From: Cylindrospermopsis raciborskii Cr2010 | GTDB taxonomy: Bacteria > Cyanobacteriota > Cyanobacteriia > Cyanobacteriales > Nostocaceae | Direction: 5' to 3' | Assembly: GCF_003367075.2 (NCBI RefSeq) | Contig: NZ_CP065936.1 | Span: 3,270,001-3,302,000 of the forward strand | Length of the DNA stretch: 32,000 nucleotides | Part shown: piece by piece, positions 1-8,672 of the stretch | Layout: every line of letters starts with the position of its first letter | Position numbering within the stretch: the stretch's first letter is position 1 | The notes under the pieces: model-generated | Told to the model about the DNA's origin: nothing | Database searches by the model: none | What the model saw: the letters and a program-made list of their open reading frames with translations, nothing else | Position numbers and translations under genes: made by a program

Positions 1-734
1 CCATGGTAGTGTTTGGGAGACCCAAGGGTCACCGGGGGTCTTATCGACAGTGGGAAGAGGATAATATTCCCCCCCAGGTGGTGTTTGAAATTTTATCTCC
101 TGGTAATAATAATACTGAGATGGACAGAAAAAAGCTCTTTTATCTAGAACATGGAGTGGAGGAGTATTATGTATATGATCCAGATAGGATTAGTCTAGAA
201 GTATCCATTAGGGAAAATAACTCATTTAAGGAAATTGAGAATTTTACCACTTGGACCAGCCCAAGATTGAAAATAAGATTTGACATGAGCCAAGATGAAT
301 TAGTCATCTATTATCCAGATGGGAGTAAGTTTCTTAGTCCTGTAGAATTGAGTAATTATGCAGAACAAGAAAGATTTCTCAAAGAACAAGAAACTCAACG
401 TGCAGAACGTGAAAAATTGCTTAAAGAGCAAGAAACCCAACGTGCAGAACGTGAAAAATTGCTTAAAGAGCAAGAAACCCAACGTGCAGAACGTGAAAGA
501 CTTATCAAAGAACAAGAAACTCAACGTGCAGAACGCGAAAGACTTCTCAAAGAGCAGGAAACTCAACGTGCAGAACAAGAAACTCAACGTGCAGAACGTG
601 AAAGACTTCTCAAAGAGCAGGAAACTCAACGTGCAGAACGTGAAAGACTTCTCAAAGAGCAGGAACAAATAAAGTATCAAACCTTGCTATCACAATTAAA
701 AGCTAAGGGTATTGATATTACTGCACTCGAATAA
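1..734 (+). CDS. Uma2-family (DUF820, PD-(D/E)xK) endonuclease with C-terminal E/R/K-rich repeat tract; array copy 0, 5' end cut by the window
   Basis: The frame is open from the window edge to TAA 732-734. The protein matches the C-terminal 243 aa of the full copies and includes the Uma2 core ..PPQVVFEILSPGNNNTEMDRKKLFYLEHGVEEYYVYDP... It has 7 QETQRAE motifs. Confidence 0.9.
   Translation, partial: MVVFGRPKGHRGSYRQWEEDNIPPQVVFEILSPGNNNTEMDRKKLFYLEHGVEEYYVYDPDRISLEVSIRENNSFKEIENFTTWTSPRLKIRFDMSQDELVIYYPDGSKFLSPVELSNYAEQERFLKEQETQRAEREKLLKEQETQRAEREKLLKEQETQRAERERLIKEQETQRAERERLLKEQETQRAEQETQRAERERLLKEQETQRAERERLLKEQEQIKYQTLLSQLKAKGIDITALE
360..668 (+). repeat. 42-bp (14-aa) coding VNTR, copy 0: 7 QETQRAE motifs
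   Basis: Units caagaaac(t/c)caacgtgcagaacg(t/c)gaaa(aattgctt/gacttctc)aaagag, with one 21-bp half unit. Confidence 0.95.
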
Positions 735-800
735 ACTATTACCTCCACCAGAATACCCTTGGGAGGTTTTTAAAAACTGGAGTTTATACTAAAGAGAAGA

Positions 801-1040
801 GCGATTGGGAAGCACTCCCTACGGGAGCTGGCGAAACACTCTCTATGGGAGCTCCCCAGGGGATTAACCATAATTGTTTAAATTAACCCCTACCTGGAGA
901 CTGTTTGTGGGGGAGACCGGTCTCAAAGCGAAAGTCAGTTTAAAACCGACTAGTTTTGTCGTGGGTAATCGTAGGTTGGGTTGAGGCACGAAACCCAACA
1001 AACCAACCGGATATATATAAATGCGATTGACTCCATACAG
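801..1040 (+). repeat. Optional 240-bp spacer module A (present in long spacers only)
   Basis: It starts at gcgattgggaagcactccctacgggag and ends just before the paralogous gcgattgcgaagcactccctacgggag of module B. Other copies: 3599-3838, 5109-5348, 6710-6946, 9711-9950, 12429-12668, 13929-14168, and a truncated copy at 15408-15516. It is absent from the short spacers 2319-2612, 8364-8657 and 11208-11501. It contains the palindrome gagaccggtctc, the hairpin agtcagtttaaaaccgact and the hairpin GTTGGGTTgaggcacgAAACCCAAC. Confidence 0.9.
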
Positions 1041-1158
1041 GCGATTGCGAAGCACTCCCTACGGGAGATCGCCAATTACCCGTTATTGTTTAAATTAATC
1101 CATACCTGGAGACTGTCTATTGGGGAGACCGGGAATCAATTTTGGGTCTCAAAGCGAA

Positions 1159-1186
1159 AGTCGGTTTAAAACCGACTGGTTTTGTG
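1159..1186 (+). terminator. Terminator-like hairpin followed by GGTTTTGTG; representative of one per cassette
   Basis: agtcggtttaaaaccgact is a 7-9 bp stem followed by a U-rich tract. It lies about 100 nt upstream of each Uma2 ATG and could insulate each cassette from read-through. No transcript data are available. Confidence 0.4.
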
Positions 1187-1231
1187 ATATTGTAAGTTGA
1201 GTTCAATAACTCAACATCCCTAAACAAACTA

Positions 1232-1240
1232 TGTTATATT
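1232..1240 (+). promoter_or_regulatory. Extended -10-like box TGtTATATT; representative, at the same offset in every cassette
   Basis: It lies 44-52 nt upstream of the ATG. No convincing -35 hexamer is visible at 17-bp spacing. The call is inferred from sequence only. Confidence 0.3.
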
Positions 1241-1270
1241 AAATTAAACCGATTAAGTCAGTACCAAAGT

Positions 1271-1276
1271 GGGAGG
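1271..1276 (+). promoter_or_regulatory. Shine-Dalgarno GGGAGG, 7 nt before ATG 1284; representative and conserved in all ten visible gene starts
   Basis: The context is aaagtGGGAGGtatagacATG, identical in all cassettes. Confidence 0.75.
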
Positions 1277-1283
1277 TATAGAC

Positions 1284-2318
1284 ATGGTGAGGCAAATTCC
1301 ATCAAAAACTCAACTGGGGGTGATAAAATCTAACACTAATCAGGGTGTGGAGACGCCTAAAATTGTCTACCCAGAAAGTGATAATAAACCTATGGCGGAT
1401 AACACTAGACAATTTACATGGATTGTCAAAATTAAGGAAAATTTAGAAATACTATTTAAGTCCAATGCGGATGTGTTTGTGGCTGGGGACTTATTTTGGT
1501 ATCCAGTGGAGGGTAGTAACAAAATTAAACTAGCCCCTGACACCATGGTAGTGTTTGGGAGACCCAAGGGGCACCGGGGGTCTTATCGACAGTGGGAAGA
1601 GAATAATATTCCACCCCAGGTGGTGTTTGAAATTTTATCTCCTGGTAATAATAATACTGAGATGGACAGAAAAAAGCTCTTTTATCTAGAACATGGAGTG
1701 GAGGAGTATTATGTATATGATCCAGATAGGATTAGTCTAGAAGTATCCATTAGGGAAAATAACTCATTTAAGGAAATTGAGAATTTTACCACTTGGACCA
1801 GTCCAAGATTGAAAATAAGATTTGACATGAGCCAAGATGAATTAGTCATCTATTATCCAGATGGGAGTAAGTTTCTTAGTCCTGTAGAATTGAGTAATTA
1901 TGCAGAACAAGAAAGATTTCTCAAAGAACAAGAAACTCAACGTGCAGAACGTGAAAAATTGCTTAAAGAGCAAGAAACTCAACGTGCAGAACGTGAAAAA
2001 TTGCTTAAAGAGCAAGAAACCCAACGTGCAGAACGTGAAAGACTTATCAAAGAACAAGAAACTCAACGTGCAGAACGCGAAAGACTTCTCAAAGAGCAGG
2101 AAACTCAACGTGCAGAACAAGAAACTCAACGTGCAGAACGTGAAAGACTTCTCAAAGAGCAGGAAACTCAACGTGCAGAACGTGAAAGACTTCTCAAAGA
2201 GCAGGAAACTCAACGTGCAGAACGTGAAAGACTTCTCAAAGAGCAGGAACAAATAAAGTATCAAACCTTGCTATCACAATTAAAAGCTAAGGGTATTGAT
2301 ATTACTGCACTCGAATAA
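1284..2318 (+). CDS. Uma2-family endonuclease, array copy 1 (intact, longest intact repeat tract)
   Basis: The ORF track gives 1269-2318 (349 aa from GTG). ATG 1284 lies 7 nt after GGGAGG (1271-1276), and the GTG overlaps that SD, so ATG is preferred. Uma2 hallmarks: ADVFVAGDLFWYP, then VVFEILSP..D..KK..Y...GVEEYYVYDP (acidic/E-x-S-P/K pattern of the PD-(D/E)xK core). There are 8 QETQRAE motifs, then the tail YQTLLSQLKAKGIDITALE. Confidence 0.92.
   Translation: MVRQIPSKTQLGVIKSNTNQGVETPKIVYPESDNKPMADNTRQFTWIVKIKENLEILFKSNADVFVAGDLFWYPVEGSNKIKLAPDTMVVFGRPKGHRGSYRQWEENNIPPQVVFEILSPGNNNTEMDRKKLFYLEHGVEEYYVYDPDRISLEVSIRENNSFKEIENFTTWTSPRLKIRFDMSQDELVIYYPDGSKFLSPVELSNYAEQERFLKEQETQRAEREKLLKEQETQRAEREKLLKEQETQRAERERLIKEQETQRAERERLLKEQETQRAEQETQRAERERLLKEQETQRAERERLLKEQETQRAERERLLKEQEQIKYQTLLSQLKAKGIDITALE
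1902..2252 (+). repeat. 42-bp coding VNTR, copy 1: 8 motifs (351 bp)
   Basis: Unit order is ERFLK, EKLLK, EKLLK, ERLIK, ERLLK, half unit, ERLLK, ERLLK, ERLLK. Confidence 0.95.
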
Positions 2319-2324
2319 ACTATT

Positions 2325-2355
2325 ACCTCCACCAGAATACCCTTGGGAGGTTTTT
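2325..2355 (+). terminator. Weak post-stop hairpin plus T5 run; representative of the one found after each Uma2 stop
   Basis: ACCTCC-(15 nt)-GGAGGT followed by TTTTTAAAAA, 7 nt after the TAA. The stem is only 6 bp and is broken in the cctgcacc variants (3541, 6652, 15351). Confidence 0.3.
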
Positions 2356-2627
2356 AAAAACTGGAGTTTATACTAAAGAGAAGAGCGATTGCGAAGCACT
2401 CCCTACGGGAGATCGCCAATTACCCGTTATTGTTTAAATTAATCCATACCTGGAGACTGTCTGTGGGGGAGACCGGGAATCAATTCTGGGTCTCAAAGCG
2501 AAAGTCGGTTTAAAACCGACTGGTTTTGTGATATTGTAAGTTGAGTTCAATAACTCAACATCCCTAAACAAACTATGTTATATTAAATTAAACCGATTAA
2601 GTCAGTACCAAAGTGGGAGGTATAGAC

Positions 2628-3532
2628 ATGGTGAGGCAAATTCCATCAAAAACTCAACTGGGGGTGATAGAATCTAACATTAGTCATGGTGTGGAGACGC
2701 CTAAAATTGTCTACCCAGAAAGTGATAATAAACCTATGGCGGATAACACTAGACAATTTACATGGATTGTCAAAATTAAGGAAAATTTAGAAATACTATT
2801 TAAGTCCAATGCAGATGTGTTTGTGGCTGGGGACTTATTTTGGTATCCAGTGGAGGTAGTAACAAAATTAAACTAGCCCCTGACACCATGGTAGTGTTTG
2901 GGAGACCCAAAGACTCGGGGTCTTATCTACAGTGGGAGGAGGATAATATTCCACCCCAGGTGGTGTTTGAAATTTTATCTCCTGGTAATAATAATACTGA
3001 GATGGACAGAAAAAAGCTCTTTTATCTGGAACATGGAGTGGAGGAGTATTATGTATATGATCCAGATAGGATTAGTCTAGAAGTATCCATTAGGGAAAAT
3101 AACTCATTTAAGGAAATTGAGAATTTTACCACTTGGACCAGTCCAAGATTGAAAATAAGATTTGACATGACCCAAGATGAATTAGTCATCTATTATCCAG
3201 ATGGGAGTAAGTTTCTTAGTCCTGTAGAATTGAGTAATTATGCAGAACAAGAAACTCAACGTGCAGAACGTGAAAAATTGCTTAAAGAGCAAGAAACTCA
3301 ACGTGCAGAACGTGAAAGACTTCTCAAAGAGCAAGAAACCCAACGTGCAGAACGTGAAAGACTTCTCAAAGAACAAGAAACTCAACGTGCAGAGCGTGAA
3401 AGACTTCTCAAAGAGCAGGAAACTCAACGTGCAGAACGCGAAAGACTTCTCAAAGAGCAGGAACAAATAAAGTATCAAACCTTGCTATCACAATTAAAAG
3501 CTAAGGGTATTGATATTACTGCACTCGAATAA
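2628..3532 (+). pseudogene. Uma2-family endonuclease, array copy 2, frame-disrupted (one -1 shift)
   Basis: Split into ORFs 2613-2876 and 2840-3532 by loss of one G (ggagggtag -> ggaggtag, 2855-2856). There is also an in-frame replacement KGHRGSYRQ -> KDSGSYLQ (about 2904-2930), and the first 21-bp half unit of the VNTR is absent. This may be a true frameshift or a homopolymer consensus error. Confidence 0.7.
3242..3466 (+). repeat. 42-bp coding VNTR, copy 2: 5 motifs (225 bp)
   Basis: It lacks the leading ERFLKEQ half unit. Order is EKLLK followed by four ERLLK. Confidence 0.95.
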
Positions 3533-4081
3533 ACTATTACCTGCACCAGAATACCCTTGGGAGGTTTTTAAAAACTGGAGTTTATACTAAAGAGAAGAGC
3601 GATTGGGAAGCACTCCCTACGGGAGCTGGCGAAACACTCTCTATGGGAGCTCCCCAGGGGATTAACCATAATTGTTTAAATTAACCCCTACCTGGAGACT
3701 GTCTGTGGGAGAGACCGGTCTCAAAGCGAAAGTCAGTTTAAAACCGACTAGTTTTGTCATGGGTAATCGTAGGTTGGGTTGAGGCACGAAACCCAACAAA
3801 CCAACCGGATATATATAAATGCGATTGACTCCATACAGGCGATTGCGAAGCACTCCCTAGGGGAGATCGCCAATTACCCGTTATTGTTTAAATTAATCCA
3901 TACCTGGAGACTGTCTGTGGGGGAGACCGGGAATCAATTTTGGGTCTCAAAGCGAAAGTCGGTTTTAAACCGACTGGTTTTGTGATATTGTAAGTTGAGT
4001 TCAATAACTCAACATCCCTAAACAAACTATGTTATATTAAATTAAACCGATTAAGTCAGTACCAAAGTGGGAGGTATAGAC

Positions 4082-5045
4082 ATGGTGAGGCAAATTCCAT
4101 CAAAAACTCAACTGGGGGTGATAGAATCTAACATTAGTCATGGTGTGGAGACGCCTAAAATTGTCTACCCAGAAAGTGATAATAAACCTATGGCGGATAA
4201 CACTAGACAATTTACATGGATTGTCAAAATTAAGGAAAATTTAGAAATACTATTTAAGTCCAATGCGGATGTGTTTGTGTGGGGACTTATTTTGGTATCC
4301 AGTGGAGGTAGTAACAAAATTAAACTAGCCCTGACACCATGGTAGTGTTTGGGAGACCCAAGGGTCACCGGGGTCTTATCGACAGTGGGAAGAGAATAAT
4401 ATTCCACCCAGGTGGTGTTTGAAATTTTATCTCCTGGTAATAATAATACTGAGATGGACAGAAAAAAGCTCTTTATCTAGAACATGGAGTGGAGGAGTAT
4501 TATGTATATGATCCAGATAGGATTAGTCTAGAAGTATCCATTAGGAAAATAACTCATTTAAGGAGATTGAGAATTTTACCACTTGGACCAGTCCAAGATT
4601 GAAAATAAGATTTGACATGAGCCAAGATGAATTAGTCATCTATTATCCAGATGGGAGTAAGTTTCTTAGTCCTGTAGAATTGAGTAATTATGCAGAACAA
4701 GAAAGATTTCTCAAAGAACAAGAAACTCAACATGCAGAACGTGAAAAATTGCTTAAAGAGCAAGAAACTCAACGTGCAGAACGCGAAAGACTTCTCAAAG
4801 AGCAGGAAACCCAACGTGCAGAACGTGAAAAATTGCTTAAAGAGCAAGAAACTCAACGTGCAGAACGCGAAAGACTTCTCAAAGAGCAGGAAACCCAACG
4901 TGCAGAACGTGAAAAATTGCTTAAAGAGCAAGAAACTCAACGTGCAGAACGTGAAAGACTTCTCAAAGAGCAGGAACAAATAAAGTATCAAACCTTGCTA
5001 TCACAATTAAAAGCTAAGGGTATTGATATTACTGCACTCGAATAA
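4082..5045 (+). pseudogene. Uma2-family endonuclease, array copy 3, multiply frame-disrupted
   Basis: Only fragments are open (4067-4345, 4599-5045). Relative to intact copies there is a 2-nt loss near 4279. There are also single-base contractions of G, C, G, C, T and G runs near 4307, 4330, 4371, 4408, 4473 and 4545. One QETQHAE substitution is present. Confidence 0.7.
4692..4979 (+). repeat. 42-bp coding VNTR, copy 3: 6 motifs (288 bp)
   Basis: Alternating EKLLK/ERLLK order, the same as copy 6. Confidence 0.95.
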
Positions 5046-5591
5046 ACTATTACCTCCACCAGAATACCCTTGGGAGGTTTTAAAACTGGGTTTATACTAA
5101 AGAGAAGAGCGATTGGGAAGCACTCCCTACGGGAGCTGGCGAAACACTCTCTATGGGAGCTCCCCAGGGGATTAACCATAATTGTTTAAATTAACCCCTA
5201 CCTGGAGACTGTCTGTGGGAGAGACCGGTCTCAAAGCGAAAGTCAGTTTAAAACCGACTAGTTTTGTCATGGGTAATCGTAGGTTGGGTTGAGGCACGAA
5301 ACCCAACAAACCAACCGGATATATATAAATGCGATTGACTCCATACAGGCGATTGCGAAGCACTCCCTAGGGGAGATCGCCAATTACCCGTTATTGTTTA
5401 AATTAATCCATACCTGGAGACTGTCTGTGGGGGAGACCGGGAATCAATTTTGGGTCTCAAAGCGAAAGTCGGTTTTAAACCGACTGGTTTTGTGATATTG
5501 TAAGTTGAGTTCAATAACTCAACATCCCTAAACAAACTATGTTATATTAAATTAAACCGATTAAGTCAGTACCAAAGTGGGAGGTATAGAC

Positions 5592-6643
5592 ATGGTGAGG
5601 CAAATTCCATCAAAAACTCAACTGGGGGTGATAAAATCTAACACTAATCAGGGTGTGGAGACGCCTAAAATTGTCTACCCAGAAAGTGATAATAAACCTA
5701 TGGCGGATAACACTAGACAATTTACATGGATTGTCAAAATTAAGGAAAATTTAGAAATACTATTTAAGTCTAATGCGGATGTGTTTGTGGCTGGGGACTT
5801 ATTTTGGTATCCAGTGGAGGGTAGTAACAAAATTAAACTAGCCCCTGACACCATGGTGGTGTTTGGGAGACCAAGAGAGCTCGGGGTCTTATCGACAGTG
5901 GGAAGAGAATAATATTCGACCCCAGGTGGTGTTTGAAATTTTATCTCCTGGTAATAATAATACTGAGATGGACAGAAAAAGCTCTTTATCTAGAACATGG
6001 AGTGGAGGAGTATTATGTATATGATCCAGATAGGATTAGTCTAGAAGTATCCATTAGGGAAAATAACTCATTTAAGGAGATTGAGAATTTTACCACTTGG
6101 ACCAGTCCAAGATTGAAAATAAGATTTGACATGAGCCAAGATGAATTAGTCATCTATTATCCAGATGGGAGTAAGTTTCTTAGTCCTGTAGAATTGAGTA
6201 ATTATGCAGAACAAGAAAGATTTCTCAAAGAACAAGAAACTCAACGTGCAGAACGTGAAAAATTGCTTAAAGAGCAAGAAACCCAACGTGCAGAACGTGA
6301 AAGACTTCTCAAAGAACAAGAAACTCAACGTGCAGAACGTGAAAGACTTATCAAAGAACAAGAAACTCAACGTGCAGAACGCGAAAGACTTCTCAAAGAG
6401 CAGGAAACTCAACGTGCAGAACGTGAAAGACTTCTCAAAGAGCAGGAAACTCAACGTGCAGAACGTGAAAGACTTCTCAAAGAGCAGGAAACTCAACGTG
6501 CAGAACAAGAAAGATTTCTCAAAGAACAAGAAACTCAACGTGCAGAACGTGAAAGACTTCTCAAAGAGCAGGAACAAATAAAGTATCAAACCTTGCTATC
6601 ACAATTAAAAGCTAAGGGTATTGATATTACTGCACTCGAATAA
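5592..6643 (+). pseudogene. Uma2-family endonuclease, array copy 4, frame-disrupted
   Basis: ORFs are 5577-5912 and 5933-6643. The segment 5871-5885 is scrambled and 2 nt shorter (..agaccaagagagctcggggtc..). A6->A5 occurs near 5976 and T4->T3 near 5985. The C-terminal part is otherwise intact, with 8 QETQRAE motifs. Confidence 0.7.
6206..6577 (+). repeat. 42-bp coding VNTR, copy 4: 8 motifs (372 bp)
   Basis: Contains ERLIK and an internal QERFLK unit, like copy 7. Confidence 0.95.
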
Positions 6644-7189
6644 ACTATTACCTGCACCAGAATACCCTTGGGAGGTTTTTAAAAACTGGAGTTTATACTA
6701 AAGAGAAGAGCGATTGGGAAGCACTCCCTACGGGAGCTGGCGAAACACTCTCTATGGGAGCCTCCCAGGGATTAACCATAATTGTTTAAATTAACCCCTA
6801 CCTGGAGACTGTCTGTGGGGAGACCGGTCTCAAAGCGAAAGTCAGTTTAAAACCGACTAGTTTTGTCGTGGTAATCGTAGGTTGGGTTGAGGCACGAAAC
6901 CCAACAAACCAACCGGATATATATAAATGCGATTGACTCCATACAGGCGATTGCGAAGCACTCCCTACGGGAGATCGCCAATTACCCGTTATTGTTTAAA
7001 TTAATCCATACCTGGAGACTGTCTGTGGGGGAGACCGGGAATCAATTTTGGGTCTCAAAGCGAAAGTCGGTTTTAAACCGACTGGTTTTGTGATATTGTA
7101 AGTTGAGTTCAATAACTCAACATCCCTAAACAAACTATGTTATATTAAATTAAACCGATTAAGTCAGTACCAAAGTGGGAGGTATAGAC

Positions 7190-8363
7190 ATGGTGAGGCA
7201 AATTCCATCAAAAACTCAACTGGGGGTGATAAAATCTAACACTAATCAGGGTGTGGAGACGCCTAAAATTGTCTACCCAGAAAGTGATAATAAACCTATG
7301 GCGGATAACACTAGACAATTTACATGGATTGTCAAAATTAAGGAAAATTTAGAAATACTATTTAAGTCTAATGCGGATGTGTTTGTGGCTGGGGACTTAT
7401 TTTGGTATCCAGTGGAGGGTAGTAACAAAATTAAACTAGCCCCTGACACCATGGTAGTGTTTGGGAGACCCAAGGCACTGGGGTCTTATCGACAGTGGGA
7501 AGAGAATAATATTCACCCAGGTGGTGTTTGAAATTTTATCTCCTGGTAATAATAATACTGAGATGGACAGAAAAAGCTCTTTTATCTAGAACATGGAGTG
7601 GAGGAGTATTATGTATATGATCCAGATAGGATTAGTCTAGAAGTATCCATTAGGAAAATAACTCATTTAAGGAGATTGAGAATTTTACCACTTGGACCAG
7701 TCCAAGATTGAAAATAAGATTTGACATGAGCCAAGATGAATTAGTCATCTATTATCCAGATGGGAGTAAGTTTCTTAGTCCTGTAGAATTGAGTAATTAT
7801 GCAGAACAAGAAAGATTTCTCAAAGAACAAGAAACTCAACGTGCAGAACGTGAAAAATTGCTTAAAGAGCAAGAAACTCAACGTGCAGAACGTGAAAAAT
7901 TGCTAAAGAGCAAGAAACCCAACGTGCAGAACGTGAAAGACTTATCAAAGAACAAGAAACTCAACGTGCAGAACGCGAAAGACTTCTCAAAGAGCAGGAA
8001 ACTCAACGTGCAGAACAAGAAACTCAACGTGCAGAACGTGAAAAATTGCTTAAAGAGCAAGAAACCCAACGTGCAGAACGTGAAAGACTTATCAAAGAAC
8101 AAGAAACTCAACGTGCAGAACGCGAAAGACTTCTCAAAGAGCAGGAAACTCAACGTGCAGAACAAGAAACTCAACGTGCAGAACGTGAAAGACTTCTCAA
8201 ACAGCAGGAAACTCAACGTGCAGAACGTGAAAGACTTCTCAAACAGCAGGAAACTCAACGTGCAGAACGTGAAAGACTTCTCAAAGAGCAGGAACAAATA
8301 AAGTATCAAACCTTGCTATCACAATTAAAAGCTAAGGGTATTGATATTACTGCACTCGAATAA
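7190..8363 (+). pseudogene. Uma2-family endonuclease, array copy 5, frame-disrupted; longest VNTR
   Basis: ORFs are 7175-7531, 7708-8301 and 8046-8363. Lesions: an in-frame 3-nt loss (KALGSY, about 7475), a 2-nt loss in attccacccc (about 7513-7519), A6->A5 (about 7572), GGG->GG (about 7653), and a T loss inside the VNTR (ttgcttaaag -> ttgctaaag, about 7904). Confidence 0.7.
7801..8297 (+). repeat. 42-bp coding VNTR, copy 5: 12 motifs (497 bp, includes a 1-nt deletion)
   Basis: Contains a higher-order 147-bp block (EKLLK-ERLIK-ERLLK-half unit) present twice, at 7891-8036 and 8037-8183. Two units read KQQETQRAE. Confidence 0.95.
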
Positions 8364-8672
8364 ACTATTACCTCCACCAGAATACCCTTGGGAGGTTTTT
8401 AAAAACTGGAGTTTATACTAAAGAGAAGAGCGATTGCGAAGCACTCCCTACGGGAGATCGCCAATTACCCGTTATTGTTTAAATTAATCCATACCTGGAG
8501 ACTGTCTGTGGGGGAGACCGGGAATCAATTTTGGGTCTCAAAGCGAAAGTCGGTTTTAAACCGACTGGTTTTGTGATATTGTAAGTTGAGTTCAATAACT
8601 CAACATCCCTAAATAAACTATGTTATATTAAATTAAACCGATTAAGTCAGTACCAAAGTGGGAGGTATAGAC

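Larger units (their letters stand above)
1041..1268 (+). repeat. Spacer module B plus gene-proximal leader (present upstream of every cassette gene)
   Basis: A paralogue of module A. Nested hairpin GGCGAT..CTCCCtacGGGAG..ATCGCC (1040-1073). Imperfect hairpin GAGACC..GGTCTC (1126-1150). Palindromic hairpin AGTCGGTTT/AAACCGACT (1159-1177). Hairpin GTTGAGTTcaatAACTCAAC (1196-1215). The same block is found in all ten complete spacers. Confidence 0.9.

Noticed and set aside
864-1169. Conserved 62-68-aa ORFs in the long spacers, on the minus strand (864-1055 and equivalents) and the plus strand (981-1169 and equivalents).
   Set aside because: Their conservation simply reflects the DNA identity of the repeats. 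They run through hairpin/palindrome elements, lack an SD and have odd composition. The plus-strand ORF changes length with 1-nt spacer variants.
1269-1283. The GTG start proposed by the ORF track (MGGIDMVRQ..).
   Set aside because: The GTG overlaps the GGGAGG Shine-Dalgarno sequence, which is optimally spaced for the ATG 15 nt downstream. The GTG cannot be fully excluded without N-terminal data.
1367-1567. A 66-aa minus-strand ORF inside each Uma2 gene (MGLPNTTMVSGASLILLL..).
   Set aside because: It is antisense to a strongly supported CDS and recurs only because the cassettes are identical.
1900-2256. Sense-strand +1-frame ORFs in the VNTR (MQNKKDFSKNKKLNVQNVK..), present in most copies.
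   Set aside because: This is the same artefact of a stop-free periodic sequence. The frame only becomes part of a longer ORF in copy 5, because of a 1-nt deletion there.
1842-2264. Long antisense ORFs across every VNTR (MILYLFLLFEKSFTFCTLSF..; also 300-680, 3182-3478, 4632-4991, 6146-6589, 7878-8309, 9231-9590, 10752-11153, 12075-12308, 13470-13808, 14970-15287).
   Set aside because: They exist only because the 42-bp repeat lacks stop codons on the opposite strand. Their length tracks repeat number and their composition is low-complexity. They have no SD and sit entirely inside a well-supported sense gene.
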